From positions 6,569 to 70,568 of the forward strand of contig CAYNMS010000001.1 of assembly GCA_964398525.1 (NCBI GenBank): a stretch of DNA of 64,000 nucleotides, given 5' to 3'. The position numbers and the translations under genes are program-made. Positions 1-13,070 of the stretch are shown here, one piece after another. The notes below the pieces were generated by a model, which saw only the letters and a list, made by a program, of their open reading frames with translations, did not search any database and was not told the origin of the DNA. The first letter of the stretch is position 1; the number at the start of each line of letters is the position of its first letter. The stretch is from an uncultured Pseudomonadales bacterium. Lineage in GTDB: Bacteria; Patescibacteriota; Microgenomatia; UBA1400; CAYNFZ01.

Positions 1-2
1 TT

Positions 3-269
3 TTAGACGACATCTCCTCAAACGCCACCCCTGCCACCGATTCTGCCAATCTTCAAGACAACATCATCCCCAAACAATCATTCTCTCTCACCCTAACCCC
101 CCAAGGAGAAGTCGTTTATGTCATCGAAGGCACCAAACGACGTCGCTTCTTTGGCCTTGTGCCCATTACCGTTCATAAAACTATCACCGTCTCCGCCGAC
201 AATGGTGACTTGATGGCAGAAACTTATCCCAACATTTACTACCGCCTCCTCGACACTCTCTCAATTTAA
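3..269 (+). CDS. 3' part of a hypothetical protein truncated by the window edge
   Basis: Open frame read by hand from nt 3 to TAA 267-269 (…VYVIEGTKRRRFFGLVPITVHKTITVSADNGDL…LLDTLSI*). Confidence 0.7.
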   Translation, partial: LDDISSNATPATDSANLQDNIIPKQSFSLTLTPQGEVVYVIEGTKRRRFFGLVPITVHKTITVSADNGDLMAETYPNIYYRLLDTLSI

Positions 270-751
270 TACCCCTTAGGTGGCTTTAACTTTTTCCCTA
301 GAAAAACCAATTTCATTTGCTTCAATCTCTCAGTTATTCTTTCCACCTCATTCTCTAACTCTTCTCTGGTTACACCTTTAGTTTTAGCCTGGTTCCAGAC
401 AACTTCCATTGTCTTTTCAAACCTATTGTTAAAACGCGTGTTCAAATCTTTCCATGCTATCCCTTCCAAACTCTGGGCAACCTCTTTTCGATATTCCAAT
501 TCGCCAATTTTCATCAAAAATGCCAAGCCTGGATAACCTAAATACCCTTGCCAATATGTTCCGTTATCATTTGTCATGATTGCTTGCTTCATTTCGTCCC
601 AAAACACCATATAAAACTTATTCCTACTACTCGAAAACACTCTGGCCGATACGACGCCTTCATTATCTTTATCATCTACTTCTACTCGCCCGTCAGCCAC
701 TGCTCCCAAAGCCTCATAAATTTTTATAGCTGGCGGCAATTTCCACTCCAT
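266..751 (-). CDS. Hypothetical protein
   Basis: ORF track 266..769; likely start MEWKLPPAIKIYEALGAVADGR at 751; typical minus-strand codon pattern. Confidence 0.75.
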   Translation of the reverse strand: MEWKLPPAIKIYEALGAVADGRVEVDDKDNEGVVSARVFSSSRNKFYMVFWDEMKQAIMTNDNGTYWQGYLGYPGLAFLMKIGELEYRKEVAQSLEGIAWKDLNTRFNNRFEKTMEVVWNQAKTKGVTREELENEVERITERLKQMKLVFLGKKLKPPKGY

Positions 752-1031
752 TACCAAACAACATATCACTTCCCCACCAAGTCAGCAATTAAATATACCC
801 TCAACGTCCCCATAACTTTTCCTATTCCATGCAAATGAATTGATACATTTGCATTATGTTCCTCTCTAAAATCAGCTATTAATCTTGTTAGAAAAGCCTA
901 AACCAAGTTTAAATTGATTATTACCAACAACTTTTTGTCAAACTCATCTTATCCTGTAAATGTTTCCTTAACTACCAACTTCTCCAAATATTGACCAAAG
1001 TCCTCACTCCAAAGCCCCACGCTACATAACC

Positions 1032-1060
1032 AAAAAACCAAGCTTCCGCTTGGCTTTTTT
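1032..1060 (-). terminator. Intrinsic terminator after the 23S rRNA (possibly bidirectional)
   Basis: A-run, CCAAGC-ttcc-GCTTGG hairpin, T-run. Confidence 0.75.
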
Positions 1061-1124
1061 ATTTTTGCTCTTTAGCAAGTGAAGAGAAAGATAGCGAGTT
1101 CTTATCGTAATTAGACTTTATCTT

Positions 1125-4051
<2,927 letters not shown>

Positions 4052-4115
4052 GTCAAGATTAAAGTCTGATCTAATAAGACCTACTGGTTTAAAGTTTAAA
4101 AAAACCTTAAACATT

Positions 4116-4143
4116 TATCTTCTCTTCACTTGTTAAAGAACAA
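4116..4143 (-). promoter_or_regulatory. BoxA-like element and 5' arm of the 23S processing stem
   Basis: Minus strand TGTTCTTTAACAAGTGAAGAGAAGATA is complementary to about 1065-1092 downstream of the 23S. Confidence 0.7.
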
Positions 4144-4327
4144 ATACTGCCGGGGTATTCCCTCTTGCAGATCCCGTACCGACTCTCTTTTGCTAATCTC
4201 TCTGTAGCCGGACAGCTACTCAATTAGACAATTTATCAAGTCGTCTTGTGGGATTAATGTGCTTCGAGTTTAAAGACTCGCGAAAGCCAATCTTTCAAGG
4301 CTTTAGCCAATCTTCAATTCTCGTTTG

Positions 4328-4400
4328 TGGACCTGAGCGGGCTCGAACCGCTTACCTCGTCATTGCAAATGACGCGCTCTACCAGCTGAGCTACAGGCCC
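4328..4400 (-). tRNA. tRNA-Ala(UGC)
   Basis: GGGCCTGTAGCTCAGCTGGTAGAGCGCGTCATTTGCAATGACGAGGTAAGCGGTTCGAGCCCGCTCAGGTCCA; G3:U70 pair; CCA not encoded. Confidence 0.97.
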
Positions 4401-4720
4401 AAGAATTAAAGTGCCGTCAGTTCGCCACAGCCAAGTTGTACTCAACTAAAGCCAACCTATCAACGAACTAACTATTCTTTTTCGCTTATTTTTCCCCTAA
4501 GCGTTGGGATAAATGGATTTGCAACCGCTTTTATACGGTCAGCTGGATTATTCAATCTTAAAAAGTGCTGCTAGAGACCAAGTCCCTCAGGCAGCTTCAC
4601 TCACCATGACAACCAATCAGTGCGGTTTAAGTTTTTTCGGGTTGTCGCTTTCAGTTTCTGCATAAGGTTACTTGGGATCTCTCCAAGCGTACTGTATGTT
4701 ATCACCCCTTATTATTAAAT

Positions 4721-5104
4721 TCAATCCCTGCTCTCCCGCCAATTAGTTTCCATATTTGGCCAGTTCTGATTTCTCAACTCAAGACCTAAACTCAAGTCTA
4801 TAGTTACCCTGTCTCGGCTCAATTCAAATTTCTCAACCAATTCATTCATCGTCACCGCCAAATCATGCCTCCCCTTCAAGATCTTTCTCATCAAAATCAT
4901 ATTAATCCGTGGCTCATCTCCGGTTTTATCCACAACCACCAAACCCACCATCACCCCTTTCAAGTTCAAGTCTGGCACCACCGCCAAAACCCGCCCCTCC
5001 GGTAATTCATTCATGTGGCGTCCTACTTGATTTCTAATCATTTCCTGCCGCTTTTGTTTTCCTTCTCGATCAACAAAAATCATCCTCCCTTTTTTTTCTT
5101 TCAT
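4721..5104 (-). CDS. Hypothetical protein
   Basis: 127-aa ORF overlapping the stop of the csbD-like gene. Confidence 0.65.
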   Translation of the reverse strand: MKEKKGRMIFVDREGKQKRQEMIRNQVGRHMNELPEGRVLAVVPDLNLKGVMVGLVVVDKTGDEPRINMILMRKILKGRHDLAVTMNELVEKFELSRDRVTIDLSLGLELRNQNWPNMETNWRESRD

Positions 5105-5358
5105 TCCAACTCGTCCTCATCATCTTCATCATCTTCAAAATCCTCCCCCAAACTCTCCGCCCAAACGTCCACCTGAGCCTCTGCCTCCTCAAGATCCAAG
5201 TCATACTTTTTCTGGATCATTCCTACCAATTGATCTCTCTTACCTTCAACTTGAAGCAATTCGTCATCAGTCAACTCTCCCCACCTCTCTTTCGCCTCCC
5301 CCTTAAACTCACTCCAATTTCCCCTTATATCGTTCCAAAGGTTGTCACCATTATCCAT
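5101..5358 (-). CDS. CsbD/YjbJ family protein
   Basis: IRGNWSEFKGEAKERWGELTDDELLQVEGKRDQLVGMIQKKY signature; SD AGGAG. Confidence 0.9.
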   Translation of the reverse strand: MDNGDNLWNDIRGNWSEFKGEAKERWGELTDDELLQVEGKRDQLVGMIQKKYDLDLEEAEAQVDVWAESLGEDFEDDEDDEDELE

Positions 5359-5492
5359 ATCATCTCCTGTTAACTGCTATTTCTCATAGCCTAATCTCCC
5401 TTTGTCGCTAATTGGTCAGAATTAAGTTAAATTTTGGTAATAAACCTTTTTCTTTCGTCTTGTCCTTGATAGACTATAGGCAAGGAGTTTTT

Positions 5493-5756
5493 ATGAACAT
5501 CAATCCTCGCCATTTTTCTCTCAAAACCAAACTCATCCTCTCGTTCCTCTTACTCTTCACCGCCGTCTTAGCTGCCTTTTACTGGTACTACCGCTCCACC
5601 GTGGATAAACTGGAAGCCGCCAATCGGCTCGAATCTCAAGCCCAAACCCTCCAACAAGAAATCGACGAATGCACCCTCCTCATGCAACAACAACAAGGCG
5701 AATTCTCCCGCTTCCAATACTGTTCACGCCTGCTCGAAGTCTTCCACTCCAACTAA
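5493..5756 (+). CDS. Small membrane-anchored coiled-coil protein
   Basis: AAGGAG SD before ATG 5493; N-terminal TM helix; Cys pair near the C-terminus. Confidence 0.65.
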   Translation: MNINPRHFSLKTKLILSFLLLFTAVLAAFYWYYRSTVDKLEAANRLESQAQTLQQEIDECTLLMQQQQGEFSRFQYCSRLLEVFHSN

Positions 5757-5792
5757 CTTAACCTTTTCTCAATTTTCTAGGTCTTTTAAGGC

Positions 5793-5927
5793 CTATCTTG
5801 ACTGATTCATTCGCTGATGGAGCTTAAAACCCAACGCCGCGCCAATCAAGGAAACCATGATGGCCATAGTGGCCGAACTCATCAGGGAAGGCAAAAACAA
5901 GTTAACAATTAAGGGCAGAATCTCCAT
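5793..5927 (-). CDS. 44-aa hydrophobic small protein (not in the ORF track)
   Basis: AGGAGG SD, then MEILPLIVNLFLPSLMSSATMAIMVSLIGAALGFKLHQRMNQSR*. Confidence 0.55.
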   Translation of the reverse strand: MEILPLIVNLFLPSLMSSATMAIMVSLIGAALGFKLHQRMNQSR

Positions 5928-6237
5928 TTAGCCTCCTATTTTTATATTAAGTGACAAACATGTCACTAGGAAAACCCAATATACACTAAGTTCTTTCCAA
6001 CTTTAAACGCAATTCTCACGGAATTCTTACAAATATTTAATCCCATTAACCACAACCATTCTACTCAAAGCTGCTAATTTTCTCTCAATACCATTCTTCT
6101 AAATCTTCTGTCATGCAACCTCTGGCACCTTCTCTACCAGTTCAACTGGCTCGACCATGACCACTTCTTCTGGAACTCCTTCATCGTTTCCAACCGAATT
6201 CCGCTCCCCATCACCACCCCTACCATTACCGTCTTTC

Positions 6238-7905
6238 TCACTTTTCTCTCACATCCTCTGGCAATTCCTTCACTTCATACTTAGCCAATATCTTTCGTAT
6301 TTGATCTAATGTTTTCTCATTCCATTTACTGGACAAAAGCCAACTAAGATCTACTAAATCTATCGGATCAAAAGCAACTCCCAATTCATTCAACACGTTA
6401 CTCAATTCTTCCATGTTTTCAGCCCCAAGTAACTCTTGTTTTCCGTCTGATTCGGCTTCTTTTTCCTCTTTTGTATCCATCGGTATCTCCAGTGCACCAT
6501 CTTCCTTTGATTCCTCACTGCTCTCAGCTTCACCACCAAGCTCTACTTGATCCTGTTCTAGCGACGAAGCCGCTTCTTCGGCAACTTCTTCACTTTCTAT
6601 TTTTTCTCCTTCAAGTAATTTCTTCACCTGAGCTAGACCATCCATTAATTCGCTTTCTCCATCACCTTTCACCCTCTCTGCCAAAGTATCCAACCAACCA
6701 ACCAAAGCTTCCATATCAACCCCCTCCAAACCCCCTCGCATTATTTTTTGAACAAAAATTCGCAAACTAACTTTTTCATATCTTTCTAATCCGTCCAAGC
6801 CATCTATCTCCTTTACGCCTTCCCCTAATCGATCAATCAATTCCTTTTTTTTCAATTCCTCAAACTCTTTTTCTTGCTTAATCACCTCTGCCTCACTCAA
6901 ATCCACACCATCCTCCATCCTTTCCTTCAATTGCTTGAGTGCAAACAATACCTCTATCACACTCTTTTCATCTACACCGTACGTTTCATTCTCAATTCTC
7001 CTTATCCAATCATTAACATCACCAATGTTGGCCGTCTCTGGGCTGGTTAGCAGTTGTTTAATCTGGTTCACTCCAATTTCACCAAAAGCCTCGTGCATTT
7101 CTCTTGCACTCTCAATCCCTTGCTTACTCACTCGCCCCCACACTCTTTCTGGATCTTTTTTCCATTTATCCCATTTTTGCTTCGCCTTCTCAACCAACCC
7201 TTTGCCTTCCGATGCTGTTTCTTTGGCTTTGTCAACAACACTTGAAGTTTTTTGCTCCCACCCTGACCTTAAATCTATGGCTTCCTCCACAACAGGTGTC
7301 GTTTTTTCCAGCTGTCTCTTGATTACTAACAAATCTCCAGCTTTTTTACCCCCTGCCTCTCCCGCTTGTTTCATCAAATCGTCCACAATTGCATTTACCG
7401 ACTCAATCGTCTGACTTGTTGCCTCACCTTTTTCCAACACCGCTCTGACCAAATTTCTCTGCTCAGCCAAACCAATACTCTTAGTAGCACCTAAAGCCTG
7501 CTTCTTAATTCTTGCTGCTAATTCATCAGGACTCGGTTGTTTTTCCTCTTGTGCCTTCAATTTCCCTAACTCTTGATCCGCCCCTTCCTTCCACTTCTGC
7601 CAATTTTTCTCTTTAAACTCTTTCGCTTCCTCGCTCAGTTCACCTACCGAATCTATCAATTTCCCCTGATCATCACTTTTTTTAAAACTTGCTTCCACCT
7701 GGTAATCCTGATTCCTCGGCGGCTCGCCCTTGTTTATTAGCTTTCTCACTACCCTCCCCCACAAACCTTCTTTTGGTGCTTCTGGTGTCGTTGTCTCTCT
7801 TGCAGGCGCTAAACCAGCTTCTTGCAATTCTCCCACCTTTTTACTCAACTCCTTTGCACTAGGTGGAACTCCCTCTACCGCATGCTTTATTACATCAATA
7901 TCCAT
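6238..7905 (-). CDS. Hypothetical acidic, helical/coiled-coil protein
   Basis: 555-aa E/K-rich ORF with no recognised motif. Confidence 0.75.
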   Translation of the reverse strand: MDIDVIKHAVEGVPPSAKELSKKVGELQEAGLAPARETTTPEAPKEGLWGRVVRKLINKGEPPRNQDYQVEASFKKSDDQGKLIDSVGELSEEAKEFKEKNWQKWKEGADQELGKLKAQEEKQPSPDELAARIKKQALGATKSIGLAEQRNLVRAVLEKGEATSQTIESVNAIVDDLMKQAGEAGGKKAGDLLVIKRQLEKTTPVVEEAIDLRSGWEQKTSSVVDKAKETASEGKGLVEKAKQKWDKWKKDPERVWGRVSKQGIESAREMHEAFGEIGVNQIKQLLTSPETANIGDVNDWIRRIENETYGVDEKSVIEVLFALKQLKERMEDGVDLSEAEVIKQEKEFEELKKKELIDRLGEGVKEIDGLDGLERYEKVSLRIFVQKIMRGGLEGVDMEALVGWLDTLAERVKGDGESELMDGLAQVKKLLEGEKIESEEVAEEAASSLEQDQVELGGEAESSEESKEDGALEIPMDTKEEKEAESDGKQELLGAENMEELSNVLNELGVAFDPIDLVDLSWLLSSKWNEKTLDQIRKILAKYEVKELPEDVREK

Positions 7906-7928
7906 CCACCCATCATTTCAAGTTTGAC

Positions 7929-8375
7929 TTAATCCGTCAACAATCCCTCAAGTTTGAGTAGCCACTTCTTTCTCTCTACTCCCCCAGAGTAGCCCCCCAA
8001 ACCACCACTACTAGACACTACCCTATGGCACGGCACCACAATCGGCACCTTGTTGGCTCCACATGCTCCCGCTACTGCCCGCACCGCCAATGGCTTACCC
8101 ATTCTTTTGGCTAGCCCCTTATAACTCACCGTTGTCCCGTAAGCCACTTTCATCAGCTCCTGCCATACTCTCTTCTGAAACTCTGTCCCTTCAAGCTTTA
8201 CTTCCATTTCAAATTCCCGTCTCTCGCCTCTCAAATACTCCTCCACCTGCTCCCCAATCTTCGACAACTTATCACTCTGCTTTAGTTCATTAATCCAATT
8301 CACCCCCACCAGTTTGCCTTCCTCCGATAAAACTTCTACCCCACCCACCAAAGTCTTTATTCTTTCAACTTTCAT
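7929..8375 (-). CDS. ogt: Methylated-DNA--protein-cysteine S-methyltransferase
   Basis: GTEFQKRVW, RAVAGACGAN and the PCHRVV active site. Confidence 0.95.
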   Translation of the reverse strand: MKVERIKTLVGGVEVLSEEGKLVGVNWINELKQSDKLSKIGEQVEEYLRGERREFEMEVKLEGTEFQKRVWQELMKVAYGTTVSYKGLAKRMGKPLAVRAVAGACGANKVPIVVPCHRVVSSSGGLGGYSGGVERKKWLLKLEGLLTD

Positions 8376-8754
8376 ATCTCCTCCCTTTCACCAACACCTT
8401 TCCATTCAACTTATCAACTCCCCCCTCAAAAACCAACTCCCACCCCATACCTATCAGTCTTACATGTTCATCTTCAAAAAAGGCCACTACTGGTACTTCT
8501 GGATTTTCTTGCTGGTTTAATTCCATTAGCTCCTCCCAATCCTCCACTCCACTTAGCTTCCAAAACAAACAACCATTAGAACTAATTAATTTCAACCTCA
8601 CCTCTTCTGCAAAAGGTAATCCTAAATTAAACTCCCTTATCCTCCTTCTCCCCCTTCTTAACTCAATCGCTTCTCCTGCAATTACTTCCCAAGGATAACC
8701 TCTACCCTCTCCTTCATTACCCGAAAAATATCCCCTCCTCCTATATTCATTCAT
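8365..8754 (-). CDS. Hypothetical protein
   Basis: 129-aa ORF overlapping both neighbours. Confidence 0.6.
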   Translation of the reverse strand: MNEYRRRGYFSGNEGEGRGYPWEVIAGEAIELRRGRRRIREFNLGLPFAEEVRLKLISSNGCLFWKLSGVEDWEELMELNQQENPEVPVVAFFEDEHVRLIGMGWELVFEGGVDKLNGKVLVKGRRYES

Positions 8755-9211
8755 GATCGCTCTCCACGAATTTCTTAATTACTCCCTTCACTCCTCTCTC
8801 TATCATTTCATACACCCCCTTAAACCCACCTCCATAATACGGGTCAGGCACCCCCACTCCTGGCTCACCCACCAATTCCATCAACAATTCCACTCTAGCT
8901 TTTGATATTTCTGGTTTATTTTCTTTGAGCCACTCCACGTGCTCCTGGTCCATTCCTATTATCAAATCAAACTCATCAAAATCACTCTCATTCACTTGCC
9001 TGGCTCCACCTTCATACCTTATCCCTTTTTCTTCTAGTAGTCTCCTCGCTCTCAAATCCGCCTTTTCTCCCTCATGCGCTCCCACTGTCCCTGCCGAATC
9101 TACCCCCACCTCTCCCTCCAAACCCATCTTCTCCAACTCATTCTTCATCACCGCCTCCGCCATGGGCGAACGGCAAATATTTCCGGTACACACAAACAAT
9201 ATCTTAAACAC
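8747..9211 (-). CDS. Low-molecular-weight protein-tyrosine phosphatase
   Basis: VCTGNICRSPMAE P-loop and DPYY motif. Confidence 0.95.
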   Translation of the reverse strand: MFKILFVCTGNICRSPMAEAVMKNELEKMGLEGEVGVDSAGTVGAHEGEKADLRARRLLEEKGIRYEGGARQVNESDFDEFDLIIGMDQEHVEWLKENKPEISKARVELLMELVGEPGVGVPDPYYGGGFKGVYEMIERGVKGVIKKFVESDHE

Positions 9212-9255
9212 AATTTCCTACTTTACCCCAAACCTGGCGTTTTCCCAAGCCCAAA

Positions 9256-10935
9256 TTACCCGGACTTAACTTCCGCGATCAACTCCTCCAGTACACCAAT
9301 ATTGCCTGACACTTCTCTACCTCTTTCCCAAATTTCTTCTGCTTTTTCGCTCTCTCCCTCTTGCCACAGTACTTTCCCCCATAAAAACCAATTTTGCCAT
9401 TGCGTTGGTTCCAATTCGACTAACATTTCTACCTCCTCCTTCAATTCTTCACTAGCCCCCGTTTTCTCATAAAGGTGAATCAACCTCCTTCTGGACATAA
9501 AATCTTCAGGTTTACTTTCAGTTTGAAGTTTATAAACCAAAATCGCCTGCGCCCACTCTCCCATATCTTCCAACAACAAACCTGTAGCCAAAGCCGCCAT
9601 TCCTTCTTTAAGTTCCAGTGCCCTTCCACAGGCCTCAATTGCCTTAGGAAAATTCTCCTGGGTGCGCAACGTATGACACAAATTCGTCCACAACCTCCCC
9701 GTTTCCCGCCTCTCTATGTTATACCGATAAAACCCAATCGGCTCCGCCCACACTTCAATTTGTCTCCACGTCAGCCCCAACCAAACCACCAACACTCCGA
9801 CAGCCATCCACCTCAGTCGTTCCCACTTCCACTCTACACCGGCCACCAACCCGATCATCATCCCCGCCATCGCCACATAAAGCCAGTGTTCATAAAGTAG
9901 CGCATTACCGGGCAACACTCCGGTAAAAGGAAAGATAAATATCCACCACCAGGCCATTCCAAACCATATCCACATCTTTCCTTTCTCCCTGTATTCCCTC
10001 CACCCCAACCACAATATCAAAAGACTCACTCCTATCATCCCAGCAAACCAAATATTAACCCCCTTCATGATCGGCACCATCCGCTCGTAGTGTAAGCCCG
10101 TTGGCCACACCAACACTTTCATATACTCCCAAAACACTCTTCCAAAAGTCATCACCCTCACCCACAGGCTGTTAGTATACTCGCTCCCCAGCGACGAAAA
10201 CTCATAGCCATCCAAAAAGTTCAATCTGGTCAGCCTCAGCCACACGTATCCGACCACTCCGCCAAGTGCCGCTACCAAACCCACAATTTGAGCTTTATAA
10301 GCTTTCCACTTCTTCCACTTTTTCTTTTCCACTATCTCTTTAACACTAATCAGACCAAATAGCCCCACTCCCACCACTGCCACTTCTTTAGCCAAAATCG
10401 CCAACCAATATAATCCCACCGCCAGGGCAATTAACTTCCCCTTCCTCACTTTAGTGTTTTTCCCAAAAGCCTCCGCCCAGCAGTTTGCCCCTACAAAAAG
10501 TAGCAGCGCATACAAACTATCTCCCCTGGAATTTGCATAAGCTACTGCCTCCACTTGGGTTGGATGTACCAAAAAAGCCACCGCTACCACACCCGCCTCC
10601 TCACGTTTCATCCCCATCCTTACTAATAGTTCAAACAAAGCCACCCCCGCCATGCTGTGTAAAACCAGATTAGTCAAGTGAAACCCCATCGGGTTCAATC
10701 CCCACACTGCTTTATCCAGAGCAAATGTCAAAGACGTCAGTGGCCGGTAGTAGTTACTTACCTGTCCCACCCCGCTGGTCGTGCTCTCGGAAAATATTCG
10801 ATCAAACCTGCCCAGAGTAACACTCTCATTATCCACAAAAAAAGCATAATCATCCCACAAAAATCCATTTCCCAAACTCGGCAAATATGCTATCACGCCC
10901 ACCAAAAACATCAGCTTCCAGCTCAACCACTTCAT
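9256..10935 (-). CDS. TMTC-like GT-C glycosyltransferase with C-terminal TPR repeats
   Basis: FLWDD, YYRPLT, FHLTNLVLH, HPTQVEAV, LAKE and EHWLY motifs; multiple TM helices; TPR-like tail. Confidence 0.8.
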   Translation of the reverse strand: MKWLSWKLMFLVGVIAYLPSLGNGFLWDDYAFFVDNESVTLGRFDRIFSESTTSGVGQVSNYYRPLTSLTFALDKAVWGLNPMGFHLTNLVLHSMAGVALFELLVRMGMKREEAGVVAVAFLVHPTQVEAVAYANSRGDSLYALLLFVGANCWAEAFGKNTKVRKGKLIALAVGLYWLAILAKEVAVVGVGLFGLISVKEIVEKKKWKKWKAYKAQIVGLVAALGGVVGYVWLRLTRLNFLDGYEFSSLGSEYTNSLWVRVMTFGRVFWEYMKVLVWPTGLHYERMVPIMKGVNIWFAGMIGVSLLILWLGWREYREKGKMWIWFGMAWWWIFIFPFTGVLPGNALLYEHWLYVAMAGMMIGLVAGVEWKWERLRWMAVGVLVVWLGLTWRQIEVWAEPIGFYRYNIERRETGRLWTNLCHTLRTQENFPKAIEACGRALELKEGMAALATGLLLEDMGEWAQAILVYKLQTESKPEDFMSRRRLIHLYEKTGASEELKEEVEMLVELEPTQWQNWFLWGKVLWQEGESEKAEEIWERGREVSGNIGVLEELIAEVKSG

Positions 10936-10997
10936 CCCCCTAGCCTATCATAACTGCTTCGAAAATTGATCTCACACTCTCGCTTTCACACCTTAAA

Positions 10998-11258
10998 TCA
11001 ACCCTTTGAAGGGACGATTTGTCCTGTTTTCCAGTCAATTTTTCGACCAGGTCTTTTGTTTGCAGGCTCAGCTATCACAAATTCCTCTGGATCCAAAGCT
11101 TGTGCGTCTTCAGCAGAAATATCTCCAAGATAAGTTTTGAATCCTTGTCTTCCAACTCTTTCAAATCTAATTTTTCTATTAAAAATCTCGCTTTGATCCA
11201 TTTCACCATACTGCTCAATACTCATTCTTCCTCCCAAATGAATTGCTATATCCACCAT
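10998..11258 (-). CDS. Hypothetical protein
   Basis: 86-aa ORF. Confidence 0.55.
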   Translation of the reverse strand: MVDIAIHLGGRMSIEQYGEMDQSEIFNRKIRFERVGRQGFKTYLGDISAEDAQALDPEEFVIAEPANKRPGRKIDWKTGQIVPSKG

Positions 11259-11294
11259 AGTATACCCACCAATTCCCTTTCCGCAATCCCCTCT

Positions 11295-11960
11295 TTAACT
11301 CCAAAACTCCGGAAATTTCTTCATATACTTCTTTCGCCTCTCACCCTTCATTTCAGGAATAAACGGCCGAAAACTATCCAGTCTCTCCAAATTCCGCTCA
11401 AAGTGAAACAGCAACTTATTCACATAATTTGCTAAATCCTCATAAGCCTGAATATTTTCAATATAAAAATACTTCTCCTTTCTGTTGCCCGCACTCGATC
11501 TGGCCGTAAATGTCCCGATCCCTACCAAAGCCTGAAAATACCCTCGCCCGTATGCCCCAGTATCTTCAATCTTATCTAGCCCTAGCGACAAATTGTACCG
11601 ATTCCACGGCGTCGTGTAGATAAACTTAGTCAGTCTTCTGTTCGTCAAAATAAACACACTCTTCTTCCACAGTGTATACACCCACCAGCCCCCCACTCCC
11701 ATAAATAACCCCGCCAAGAATAAAACTGCCACCGACACTAACCCAATTCCTTCCACTCCCGCTTGAGCCACCAGCAAAGGCAATCCCATGCCCATTATCA
11801 CCAACACCGCTACCACCAAGACAATCATCAACATCCTCAACCACAGCATTACCGTCGCTTCCCGCGTAATATATAAAATTCGCTCATCACTGGATTGCCC
11901 TGGAAACTTCAAGTCCCGGTAAGGAAACACAAACTCTCCCACCCTAAAAACGCTATTCAT
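11295..11960 (-). CDS. Membrane protein with a bacterial PH-like domain
   Basis: Two TM helices then FILTNRRL…LDKIED…ALVGIG pattern. Confidence 0.65.
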   Translation of the reverse strand: MNSVFRVGEFVFPYRDLKFPGQSSDERILYITREATVMLWLRMLMIVLVVAVLVIMGMGLPLLVAQAGVEGIGLVSVAVLFLAGLFMGVGGWWVYTLWKKSVFILTNRRLTKFIYTTPWNRYNLSLGLDKIEDTGAYGRGYFQALVGIGTFTARSSAGNRKEKYFYIENIQAYEDLANYVNKLLFHFERNLERLDSFRPFIPEMKGERRKKYMKKFPEFWS

Positions 11961-12194
11961 GCCCCTATTCTATCAGTCTTCTCCCCGTTCTTCTTCAACT
12001 TCAGGTTTTCTCACACTATCCCAAAACTCCACTCCCCACACTCCATCATCTATTGGACTTTCTGACGCATCCAATTGCTCTTCAATTTCACTCACCCTCA
12101 TCACCTCCATTCCAGATTTTTCCCATCCTACCAAACTGTCACCACCTTGTCTCTACCTCTCCACTACACACCATAAAATCTTCAAAATTCAAAT

Positions 12195-12659
12195 CTACCT
12201 TTCAATTTGTCTCCGCCAAATATTTCCCTCAGTCAAGTTAACAATCGATCGCTTTTCTTCTCCCACCTCCAAACTCCCCCTACCCAAATACTCCAAAATA
12301 GACTCCAAATAATCAGCTACATACCCTTTTTCTGCAAAAGCATTTGCTCCACAATCAAAAACAGTTCGTGAAAATTCTTCTCCTGTAGCTATCAATATTC
12401 GACACCAAGGTATTTGATTTCTGATTTCTTTAGCCAACACCAAACCGTCGTGATATCCATACAACTCGTTCTGCGTTCCCCTATCCCCCTTATCCAAAAC
12501 AGCCACTTCAAATTGCCTATTTGACCTAATAATAAATCTTGCTTGTGTCAAATTATGTGCTATTTCCACTTCCATTCCAAGATTTGTTAGTTTATCTTCC
12601 CAGATAATCGCCCAATCCCCATCATCATCTACTACCAACGCCCGTATTTTATCCATCAA
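12195..12659 (-). CDS. Orphan response-regulator receiver-domain protein
   Basis: ALVVDDD, AVLD (phosphoacceptor), LIATG and GANAFAEK. Confidence 0.8.
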   Translation of the reverse strand: MMDKIRALVVDDDGDWAIIWEDKLTNLGMEVEIAHNLTQARFIIRSNRQFEVAVLDKGDRGTQNELYGYHDGLVLAKEIRNQIPWCRILIATGEEFSRTVFDCGANAFAEKGYVADYLESILEYLGRGSLEVGEEKRSIVNLTEGNIWRRQIER

Positions 12660-12719
12660 AATCCTGTTTATGAATATTGATTTCTAGAAAGAAACATTCT
12701 CCACTCACACATCTTCTTG

Positions 12720-12793
12720 TGGGTGAGCCAGGAATCGAACCTGGGACCTCTATCTTATCAGGATAGCGCTCTAACCGACTGAGCTACTCACCC
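12720..12793 (-). tRNA. tRNA-Ile(GAU)
   Basis: GGGTGAGTAGCTCAGTCGGTTAGAGCGCTATCCTGATAAGATAGAGGTCCCAGGTTCGATTCCTGGCTCACCCA. Confidence 0.97.
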
Positions 12794-12848
12794 TCAACAA
12801 ACCCTGATTTTACCATGAACCACCCTGACAAAAAACGCTTTCTGCTTT

Positions 12849-13070
12849 TCACTCACCCCTATTTATTCTCAAGCTCAGCTCATTAACTACCATATCCAGT
12901 ACCACCACTGCCCCTCCGGCTATCATCAACACCTCATTTGCCTTACCTTCCAATTCCGCCACTAGCCCAATCAACAAACTCATTCCCCCAAAAATCTTAG
13001 CTCCTAAAGATAACCACACATAATCCGCATTCTGTTGGCAGTATTCATATATCTCTTCAGCTCTTCTCAT
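12849..13070 (-). CDS. Small two-TM hypothetical protein
   Basis: 73-aa ORF abutting the ruvB stop. Confidence 0.55.
   Translation of the reverse strand: MRRAEEIYEYCQQNADYVWLSLGAKIFGGMSLLIGLVAELEGKANEVLMIAGGAVVVLDMVVNELSLRINRGE

Noticed and set aside
4401-4700. ncRNA or small ORF upstream of tRNA-Ala
   Set aside because: No recognisable tmRNA, RNase P or SRP motifs; best explained as the leader of the tRNA-Ala-23S transcript.
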